Source: a virus (taxonomy: Duplodnaviria; Caudoviricetes). From it: a stretch of DNA of 64,000 bases. Where the stretch lies: positions 751 through 64,750 of IMG/VR virus record IMGVR_UViG_3300037882_001196. One strand, written 5' to 3'. Position numbers and translations under genes: made by a program. The notes beneath the pieces were generated by a model. That model saw nothing but the letters and a program-made list of their open reading frames with translations. It had not been told where the DNA came from and did not search any database. Positions 1-7,489 of this stretch are shown here, one piece after another. Within the stretch, counting starts at the first letter, position 1, and every line of letters begins with the position of its first letter.

Positions 1-432
1 TTGATTCTTGGCCACTATGAAACTCCGTGTGGTGGCTGCGACTCGATTGGGAGTGCTCCAAAGATATATGAACTCATGGTTGAGTGTTATACGCACTACA
101 TCGTCGGCGGAGTAAAGCCAATCATTCTCGCTGAAGGACTCCTTCTGAGCGAAGATGTGAAGTGGACGAAACAGATTCCAGCGTGGGACGACGTAGTGGT
201 GTACTACTTAACTACTCCCTCAGAGAGGTGTCTGGAGCAGGTTCAGAGTAGGAGAGAGTTGGTTGGTAATGATAAGCCCCTGAATCCAGACAATACGTTG
301 AAACGTGTTGGAGTTATCGAACGAAGTAGGATAAAATTGACAGACGAAGGAATCAAGTGTGTTCGATGTTCTTCTAATCAAGCAGCAAAACTTATAATCG
401 AGAGAGTGTTAAATGCCAACAAGAGTGACTGA
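1..432 (+). CDS. P-loop nucleotide kinase of DNA hypermodification clusters (5'-truncated)
   Basis: LGHYETPCGGCDSIG and AEGLL motifs resemble P-loop kinases found beside aGPT-Pplase genes. Walker A would lie upstream of the window. Confidence 0.6.
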   Translation: MILGHYETPCGGCDSIGSAPKIYELMVECYTHYIVGGVKPIILAEGLLLSEDVKWTKQIPAWDDVVVYYLTTPSERCLEQVQSRRELVGNDKPLNPDNTLKRVGVIERSRIKLTDEGIKCVRCSSNQAAKLIIERVLNANKSD

Positions 433-1510
433 TTGGAGGGAGTTGAAGAACCGGGAGGAACTGTTTTTCCGTTACTTCAAATGGCGTTCAACAGTACATG
501 ATCTTGATCATAGTCATTACTGTAAGATTTTAGCACAAGGAATGACTGACTCTCAAAAGTGTTGGTTTTCACTTCTGTTCGGTATGACTTATCGAACACC
601 ACAAGCCTACGCTTACTGGTACCACTTCAATGATTTTGAATTACTAAACATTGATGACGTAACAGAATGGAACAAAGACAACTGGAGCAGAACCTCTTAT
701 GGTACAGATGCTAGGTACAACAAAGGCCACTTCGCCTCACAAACAAAGTCAATTATTGAGTGGGTGGGGGAAGAAGGACTACTGAAAAAGATTCGCCGAC
801 TTACAAACTCACCAAACAGAAAGACAAACTTTGACAGACTTTTCAACGAGATAGGAAAGCTATTCAAGTATGGTCGAATGATGTCTTGGATAACTTGTCA
901 GTGCTTGTATGACACACTGAATCTACGAATTGACATTGACAACGTTTTGATATCCAACCCAATGTACGACACAAGCATGCAGTCAATTTGGAATGGATAT
1001 AACGTCATGAAAGGCCGACATGATAGACTTCTTGGTAAATATACAACAACAGATTACAGGATTACAGACACCGACCTAGTAGAAGTTTCATCAGACATAA
1101 TGCGGTATCGAGAGTTAGCCCACAAAATAACTGGAATACTCGTTGACGTGTTCAAGTGGGAAAGCATCTGGTGTCAGTTCAAGAGATTATTTAACACAAA
1201 AGATAGTAGAGAGTATCCAGGGCACGCCACAGGAGATGCTGTCTCACGTTATCTCTACTACAGAGAATACTGGCCAGAAGTAGATTGGTCAAAGTTTCGA
1301 GAGGCTTTGTTAAGCCAAGATAGCATAATCTGCGGCCAAACGTATGTTAACAATTATAACAAAGTGTTTGGTAATACAGGGTTGTTGTTAAATATGCATG
1401 AAATGTTTGGAGACATGCCAAATGCTTATGAGGTGTTAAATCTAAATCCAAACAAGAATCTTGTTAGAGAGTTGTTTATTGACCATGAACATGAGGTGCC
1501 AGAATTATGA
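413..1510 (+). CDS. aGPT-Pplase2 / amino acid:DNA transferase-like (HhH glycosylase fold)
   Basis: FGMTY, TDARYNKG, KYGRMMSW and ESIWCQFKR...YPGH motifs. Overlaps the kinase gene. Confidence 0.7.
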   Translation: MPTRVTDWRELKNREELFFRYFKWRSTVHDLDHSHYCKILAQGMTDSQKCWFSLLFGMTYRTPQAYAYWYHFNDFELLNIDDVTEWNKDNWSRTSYGTDARYNKGHFASQTKSIIEWVGEEGLLKKIRRLTNSPNRKTNFDRLFNEIGKLFKYGRMMSWITCQCLYDTLNLRIDIDNVLISNPMYDTSMQSIWNGYNVMKGRHDRLLGKYTTTDYRITDTDLVEVSSDIMRYRELAHKITGILVDVFKWESIWCQFKRLFNTKDSREYPGHATGDAVSRYLYYREYWPEVDWSKFREALLSQDSIICGQTYVNNYNKVFGNTGLLLNMHEMFGDMPNAYEVLNLNPNKNLVRELFIDHEHEVPEL

Positions 1511-2376
1511 ACTCGTTAGTTGGTATTGGTGTACCATCAAAAAACAGACCAGAGGCATTCATGAAATACACATTTAGAATACTTCAACATACCAAGGTTC
1601 CATGGTATGTGTTTGTTGAACCACAAGACCTTGAGAGATACAAGAAAACCCTGCCGTTGGAATATAGAGGAAACATCATTGAAATCGGCAGTAATGACAG
1701 AGGGTTCGGGTTTGTTCTAAACGAGATAGAAAGTTACCTGACAGAACGTGGACACACCTACACGTTCAAAATCGACGATGATTGTAAACACTGGTATGAC
1801 TCACCAAAAGTTAAACCGAAAGAAGACCAAGGTGTGATGCTTGATAAAATTGTAAACAGAGTAGGAGAAGCTCACAAGCTGTTTGGTGATACTCTTGGTG
1901 CAGTGAGTTTTGCGTCAAACTACTTTCATGGAGATTGGCGACCATGGACACATGTGTATAAGCAACATGAGACGATGTTCGTTGTAAGAAATGATAGTTG
2001 GTTTGTTCCATCAAAACTGAAAGGCTATCATGATGAGTTGGTTACCACAGCCAACCTTTTTCTAAAAGGTAAGGTATCATTAAGGTGTGGGGAGTTTTGT
2101 TGGGCAGCTGACCTATCGGTACTCGAAGGTGGGCTACAAGATTTTGATAGAGAAGAAGAGCAGAGCAGATATTTTGATGTGTTGGTTAAGGAATTTCCAG
2201 TAATTGCTTCGATGACTCAGAGACAGGAATACACCCAACCTTCTGGTAAGATATTCTCCGTTACAAACAAGAAATGCTTCAACAAGAGATTCTCACACAA
2301 GTTACCACTCAAACCATCGGCCCATGATAAGTTTTCAAAGGAGATTCTGAGATGTCTATTAAAGTTGGTATCGTAG
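1507..2376 (+). CDS. TAGT/GREB1-like GT-A glycosyltransferase (DNA base modifying family)
   Basis: IGVPSKNRP, VFVEPQD, KIDDD (DxD), and a late GG motif (LEGGLQ). Confidence 0.65.
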   Translation: MNSLVGIGVPSKNRPEAFMKYTFRILQHTKVPWYVFVEPQDLERYKKTLPLEYRGNIIEIGSNDRGFGFVLNEIESYLTERGHTYTFKIDDDCKHWYDSPKVKPKEDQGVMLDKIVNRVGEAHKLFGDTLGAVSFASNYFHGDWRPWTHVYKQHETMFVVRNDSWFVPSKLKGYHDELVTTANLFLKGKVSLRCGEFCWAADLSVLEGGLQDFDREEEQSRYFDVLVKEFPVIASMTQRQEYTQPSGKIFSVTNKKCFNKRFSHKLPLKPSAHDKFSKEILRCLLKLVS

Positions 2377-3470
2377 GTGTCGGCAACTGTGCTAAGTCAT
2401 TAGTAGAGGCTGTGGTGTACTTCAAGACAAACCCTGAAGACACAACTGGTTTAGCGTTTCCGAAGATCGGTGGTTACACCCCAGCCGATATTCAATTTTT
2501 GTGTGCGTTCGATGTAGACCAGCGTAAGGTTGGTTTAACACTTGGTGATGCAATCTACACTGGAACAAATTGCGCCAAAGACTTGATTGAACGTGATACA
2601 GTCAAGAAGGTATTAAACCGATGTCAATTTGTCTACGGGGGACCGATGTATGATGGTGTTGCTCCACACATGTTAACAACAGACAAAACTGATAGGAGTC
2701 GATTTTGTGTAAACAGCTATGACTTGAAAGACTCAGTAGCAGAACTTAAACTAGCAACGATGCGAGCTGTGCTTCATAGAGACAGACCAGATGTCATGCT
2801 TCTTTACCTTCCTGTTGGTAGCCAGAAAGCAACAGAAGCCTACGTGAATTTGTTTCTTGAACTGAAAATTCCGTTTGTTAACTGTATCCCGGTCTTCATC
2901 GTCTCTGATGAACAGTGGAAACAGAAGATCATCGACGCAGGTATTTGTGCTATTGGTGACGACATGCGCAGTCAGGTTGGGGCATCCGTTCTATCCCAAG
3001 TTCTCCAAGAGATGTTCATTTCGCGGGGGGCTGAGGTAGACTTTCACTGCCAACAGAATAGTGGAGGAAATACAGATTTTCTAAACATGACAGATAAGAC
3101 TCGACTGATATCAAAGAAGATCAGCAAGGAGAACGTCATAAATTCTGTGGTTGGGGGGCAAGACTGTTTCGTTCACGCAGGACCATCAGACTATGTTGAG
3201 TATCTCGGAGACAAGAAGGTTGCAACAATTCGGATAGAGGCAAGAGGTATTACAGGAGTGCCAATCGTACTAGACGCCAGACTTGAGGTTCAGGACTCCC
3301 CTAACAGCGCAGGCATCGTCATAGACGCAATACGCTACCTGAAGCGGGCAACTGAGTTAGGTATCGTAGGACCATTGTATGGGCCGTCTGCAGCGACACA
3401 GAAGACACCGCCGAAACAACTAAGCTATGCGGATGCTTACGCGGAGTGTAAGAAGTTGGCTGAGAGTTGA
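2352..3470 (+). CDS. ino1: myo-inositol-1-phosphate synthase
   Basis: GIVGVGNCA Rossmann motif, YLPVGS, FVNCIP, GDDMRSQVGA, GGNTDFLNM, SKKISK, DSPNSAG and KTPP motifs. Confidence 0.93.
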   Translation: MSIKVGIVGVGNCAKSLVEAVVYFKTNPEDTTGLAFPKIGGYTPADIQFLCAFDVDQRKVGLTLGDAIYTGTNCAKDLIERDTVKKVLNRCQFVYGGPMYDGVAPHMLTTDKTDRSRFCVNSYDLKDSVAELKLATMRAVLHRDRPDVMLLYLPVGSQKATEAYVNLFLELKIPFVNCIPVFIVSDEQWKQKIIDAGICAIGDDMRSQVGASVLSQVLQEMFISRGAEVDFHCQQNSGGNTDFLNMTDKTRLISKKISKENVINSVVGGQDCFVHAGPSDYVEYLGDKKVATIRIEARGITGVPIVLDARLEVQDSPNSAGIVIDAIRYLKRATELGIVGPLYGPSAATQKTPPKQLSYADAYAECKKLAES

Positions 3471-3474
3471 TGTG

Positions 3475-3507
3475 AAAAAACCCAGCTAGTAATTATCTAG
3501 CTGGGTT
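3475..3507 (-). terminator. Intrinsic terminator between convergent genes
   Basis: AACCCAGCTAG-N7-CTAGCTGGGTT stem with an A-run on the plus strand (U-tract on minus). Confidence 0.75.
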
Positions 3508-3527
3508 AAAGAAGTGGGCGGCAGAGA

Positions 3528-3860
3528 TTACTTCGCTTCATCGAATTTGACTTTGACGCCCTTTGTTCCAAGGTACCACTTGAACCCCTCTTCGGTCGCA
3601 ACCCGAATGATAAACTCTTGTTCCGTGATATCCCATTTCGGGTTAAGCTGGTGCTTGATCTGCTTTTCTTCGATTCCTGCAGCCTTGACAATCTGCTCAA
3701 ACCCGACTGCCTTCGTTGCCTTGTTGGCATCGAGTTTACGCAGAGCCTTAATCAAGGCTTGCTTTGCTGGAGTCCAGCGAATTTCCTTGGTCTTGTTATC
3801 CAAGGGTTGCTTCACCTCAGCTGCCGGCTTCGTGACTTTGGTTTCGTTCTTCTTGGCCAT
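3528..3860 (-). CDS. Small basic protein, probable winged-helix DNA-binding
   Basis: Start MAKKNETK is preceded by GAGTACC. Helix-helix-helix-wing pattern. Confidence 0.45.
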   Translation of the reverse strand: MAKKNETKVTKPAAEVKQPLDNKTKEIRWTPAKQALIKALRKLDANKATKAVGFEQIVKAAGIEEKQIKHQLNPKWDITEQEFIIRVATEEGFKWYLGTKGVKVKFDEAK

Positions 3861-3926
3861 GATTAGGTACTCTTGTCGGGTTACTTTCAGTCTCACTTGC
3901 TTACTCGTTTTCAACCCGACACTGAT

Positions 3927-4019
3927 ATAATAGCTGACTCTGCTCAAAAGTAAACTCCAGAAAGCAGAATTTTATGAGAAAGTTGAAAATTCCCTCAAAC
4001 CGTAAAACCAAGTTATAAT
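3927..4019. promoter_or_regulatory. Divergent promoter pair
   Basis: Plus strand TTCCCT-N18-TATAAT (3990-4019). Minus strand TTTACT-N16-TATTAT (3954-3927). Confidence 0.5.
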
Positions 4020-4056
4020 AGTAGCTCAACCCAGACCTATAGTAGAGGACCGAACG

Positions 4057-4671
4057 ATGAACGTGATTCTTGACCTAGACGAAGTGTTGGCGGACTTCGT
4101 AGGCGGTATGCTTCGTCTCCACGGAGTCACCCCAAGCCAACACCGCGAGCGGATGCAACCGGGAGAATGGGGAGTAGAGAAAGCATTACAAATTTCCGCA
4201 AACGAAATGTGGCAGTCAATTCATCAGAACCATGGATTTTGGTTTTCTCTCAATAAAACTCCTTGGATGACTAAGCTGCTGGATATTGTCAATGGGTTTG
4301 ACCCAAATTGGTTTGTCGTTTCTTCTCCGAGTCGATGCGTATCAAGCCATGTGGGTAAGTTCCATTGGCTCAAATACCATTTTGGAGATTCTTTTGACCG
4401 ATTCGCTTTAACTAATTACAAGCACCGATTCGCAAACCCAAGCACGGTGTTAATTGACGACCACGAACCGAACGTAGATAACTTCCGCAAGGCTGGAGGC
4501 TATGCGATTCTTTGGCCAGCCTACCATAACCGCGATTGGAAAATTGCAAACACAGGCCTAGCCTTACAGCACGTGATGACCGAACTAACTAAGGTTCAAT
4601 ACCAAATGGACTTTGAAAAGAACGGCGACAATAATCCAACACGTTTCGATCTAAAAAGGGAGGACATCTGA
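4057..4671 (+). CDS. HAD-family 5'(3')-deoxyribonucleotidase (NT5C-like)
   Basis: DLDEVLAD motif I, K..WL..HF and LIDD motif IV. Confidence 0.85.
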   Translation: MNVILDLDEVLADFVGGMLRLHGVTPSQHRERMQPGEWGVEKALQISANEMWQSIHQNHGFWFSLNKTPWMTKLLDIVNGFDPNWFVVSSPSRCVSSHVGKFHWLKYHFGDSFDRFALTNYKHRFANPSTVLIDDHEPNVDNFRKAGGYAILWPAYHNRDWKIANTGLALQHVMTELTKVQYQMDFEKNGDNNPTRFDLKREDI

Positions 4672-4853
4672 TGAACTGGAGAAACTATCGTTGGCCACAC
4701 ACACCAGAGAATGATCTACTTCCTTGGTGGTTGTTAATTTGGGGACTACTCTGGGTGGGACCGTTTTACCTATGTTGGCTTCTTGCGGCTATCTTCTACG
4801 GTATTGGCCGTCTCTCGATTGAAGACAGCGAAGCATTCTGGAATCAAAACTAA
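4671..4853 (+). CDS. Small membrane protein
   Basis: Trp-rich hydrophobic segment. Translationally coupled and has an AGGGAGGA RBS. Confidence 0.55.
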   Translation: MNWRNYRWPHTPENDLLPWWLLIWGLLWVGPFYLCWLLAAIFYGIGRLSIEDSEAFWNQN

Positions 4854-4862
4854 GGAGTAATA

Positions 4863-6200
4863 ATGCACATTACAACCCGCAACGTCAACACGGCGTTCCA
4901 AGAACTGGTAACCATCTTCAGAGATGGTTATAAGTTTTCTGGTAGATACAGAGACTTGGGCGGTAAGTGTACTATAGTTGAACGTCCGTCACGCAACGGC
5001 AACGTATTGATGATTGATGAACCCGTTACCGTGACGTACACCCATCCACGAGAACGGGTATTGTTCAACGAGGCACGAGATGTCAACCCCTTCTTCCATA
5101 TGTACGAAGCCTTGTGGATGCTCGCAGGTAGGAACGATGTTGAATCCGTCGCTTACTACGCTTCCAACATGAAGAACTATAGTGACAATGGTAAGACGCT
5201 GAATGGTGCCTACGGGTATCGGTGGCGACACGCTTGGAGTCAAGATGACTTGAGCCAACATGACCAAATCCAAATCATCATCGACCATCTGCGGGCTGAC
5301 CAAAATAGTCGGCGTGCCGTACTCCAGATGTGGAACGTGGAGGACGACTTGTTGAAGATTGGTGGTGGGTGTCCTACATGTAACGGACAGTGGACAGAAG
5401 AACAAGCTATCAAGTTAGACGAGAAATCCCCATCCCAAGGTGGGGTGTGTCCAAACTGTTCAGGAACCAACAAACCATTCATTGACTCAAAAATATTCAA
5501 AGACGTGTGCTGCAACCTGTCGGTGATGTTCTCGATTCGTGAAGAAGGGTTGACCATCGAGCGGTTCCTCAACTCCAAACACATTAAGTCGGATGGGAAC
5601 GTGGCGACGATGAGACCACCAACACCCAAGAGTTTTCTCGACATGACAGTAACCAACCGCTCAAACGATATGATTTGGGGGATGCTTGGGGCGAACTACG
5701 TTCACTTCACTATCCTCCAGGAATACATCGCGGGGTGTCTCGGAGTAGAAGTAGGACTATACCACCACTTCACGAATAACCTCCACGTGTATGAGAACAA
5801 CTGGAAACCGGATGAGTGGTTGAAAGAGCCGCAACAATTTGGTTTCCACAGTTCAAACGGCGACGATTGGGGCGGACAATATAGGGATTGGAAAACTATC
5901 CCACTCGTCAAAGACCAAGCAACGTTCGACCGTGAGGTTGAATTATTCGTTCGTCAGTTTGATGGATCAACAGAAGCATCAGTACCCGGTCGTAATAGTG
6001 CAAACAACTACATTGAACCATTTCTGAGATATGTAGCTCAACCAATGCTTATGGCGTTCCAAGCATACAAGAGGAGGGAACGGGATGTTGAAGCGATGTT
6101 AGTTGCTTTGGAGTGGTGTAAAGAAATTCAAGCCGACGATTGGCGGATCGCAGCAACGAACTGGATCAACCGACGTAAGGAGAAGAAGAAGAATGGATAG
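4863..6200 (+). CDS. Thymidylate synthase homolog, probable dUMP hydroxymethylase
   Basis: GAYGYRW, SRRAVLQMW, DVCCN (catalytic Cys), NRSNDMIWGMLGAN (Asn indicates dUMP specificity), NLHVY. Confidence 0.8.
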   Translation: MHITTRNVNTAFQELVTIFRDGYKFSGRYRDLGGKCTIVERPSRNGNVLMIDEPVTVTYTHPRERVLFNEARDVNPFFHMYEALWMLAGRNDVESVAYYASNMKNYSDNGKTLNGAYGYRWRHAWSQDDLSQHDQIQIIIDHLRADQNSRRAVLQMWNVEDDLLKIGGGCPTCNGQWTEEQAIKLDEKSPSQGGVCPNCSGTNKPFIDSKIFKDVCCNLSVMFSIREEGLTIERFLNSKHIKSDGNVATMRPPTPKSFLDMTVTNRSNDMIWGMLGANYVHFTILQEYIAGCLGVEVGLYHHFTNNLHVYENNWKPDEWLKEPQQFGFHSSNGDDWGGQYRDWKTIPLVKDQATFDREVELFVRQFDGSTEASVPGRNSANNYIEPFLRYVAQPMLMAFQAYKRRERDVEAMLVALEWCKEIQADDWRIAATNWINRRKEKKKNG

Positions 6201-6483
6201 AGGTATCGAAGTAATCTGCCCGCAAGGTTGGAGTTACGTCAAGCCTAACTTTGTTAAGATATTCATGAACGGAGTAGATGTAACCCAGTATGTCTACGAA
6301 CTATTGAAAGCAACCCATGAACCCTCTCGTGATCCTGAGTTGAATAAACTCGTTTGTGATAATTATAACGATGTCTTCATCCAAACCCAATATGGTGAAT
6401 CATTCACAGGCGAAGATTGGATAGGGTGGCTTGAAGAAATGTTTGCCCTTGAAATAACTTACAAAGATGGAGAAATCAATTGA
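6193..6483 (+). CDS. Hypothetical protein
   Basis: ATG overlaps the end of the upstream gene. Confidence 0.5.
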   Translation: MDRGIEVICPQGWSYVKPNFVKIFMNGVDVTQYVYELLKATHEPSRDPELNKLVCDNYNDVFIQTQYGESFTGEDWIGWLEEMFALEITYKDGEIN

Positions 6484-6860
6484 ATGCAAATGAAACCCAA
6501 GTGGGGGGAACCCACTACAAGACCGGCGGTGAAGAACATTGGGACCGTGTTGCCCGACTTGGCTTGAATTACTATGAGGGTAACATCACCAAGTACGTCG
6601 AACGGGCACGGAAAAAGAACGGTATCCAAGACCTCAAGAAGGCTGCCCATTATCTACAAAAGCTGATTGAGTTAGCAGAGATGGGAGTGGTTGTTGATTA
6701 CTCTCCGAGTCAACCCGGAAGCAAAGCAGAATTGATTGAGCAAACAGACAAGGTTGATATGGAACCCTGTTATGATTGTGGAGAGTTATATCCCCATGAG
6801 GATTTTGTACAGGGTTTGCTTTATTGTACAACTTGTAGAAAGAAAAGAGGAAAACTATGA
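6480..6860 (+). CDS. DUF3310 / SaV-like (T7 gp1.7-related) protein with C-terminal Zn finger
   Basis: QVGGTHY, GNITKYVER..KKNG..DLKKA..Y and CxxC..CxxC. Confidence 0.8.
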   Translation: MNANETQVGGTHYKTGGEEHWDRVARLGLNYYEGNITKYVERARKKNGIQDLKKAAHYLQKLIELAEMGVVVDYSPSQPGSKAELIEQTDKVDMEPCYDCGELYPHEDFVQGLLYCTTCRKKRGKL

Positions 6861-7438
6861 GCCAAGAACCAACAACTGATTTTCGCCACAACCTATTCGA
6901 CACGCCTCAAACATCCAGAGGAGTTAAAAGTATGACACCAAACGAATATCAACAACTGGCGGCACGGACGGAATGCAACCAATCCAATAGCTTGGCCAAC
7001 ATGAGCCATGGACTTGCTTGTAATGGAGAAGGACTTAGTAAAGTCAGACAACAAGACTTACTCTCAATCCGTCTCAATCACTCAATCATCGGCCTATCGG
7101 GGGAAGTGGGAGAACTCGCAAGCCTACTCCAGAAGTGGATTTATTACAACAAGCAATTCACTCCTGAAGAGTTGACGTTGAAGCTGAGTGAAGAGTACGG
7201 TGACGCTCTTTGGTATGTTGCGGAGGGGTTAAACGCTCTTGGTGTAAGTATGGAGGATGTGATGCAACGAAACATCGAGAAACTTAAGATACGGTATCCA
7301 GATAAGTATACGGATTGGCACGCAGCGCACGAGAACCGTAAATTGAAGGAAGAGGAATCAGCCCTACGAATCCACGAGCCAACGCCGATGGATTATGAAA
7401 TGGAGGATGCAGGAACCCCCTCTCCTGAAGGGAAGTAA
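6857..7438 (+). CDS. MazG-like nucleoside triphosphate pyrophosphohydrolase
   Basis: NEYQQLAART, GLSGEVGE, EEYGDALWY and NIEKLKIRYP. Confidence 0.88.
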   Translation: MSQEPTTDFRHNLFDTPQTSRGVKSMTPNEYQQLAARTECNQSNSLANMSHGLACNGEGLSKVRQQDLLSIRLNHSIIGLSGEVGELASLLQKWIYYNKQFTPEELTLKLSEEYGDALWYVAEGLNALGVSMEDVMQRNIEKLKIRYPDKYTDWHAAHENRKLKEEESALRIHEPTPMDYEMEDAGTPSPEGK

Positions 7439-7489
7439 TCAGCTATAATCGCCCAGTGTCTTTTAACTACCACAACTTGAGAAGGAATC

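Noticed and set aside
5360-5500. Inteins or introns explaining the inserts in the TS homolog and PolA
   Set aside because: Inserts are short CxxC pairs lacking intein terminal residues, and the reading frames are uninterrupted.
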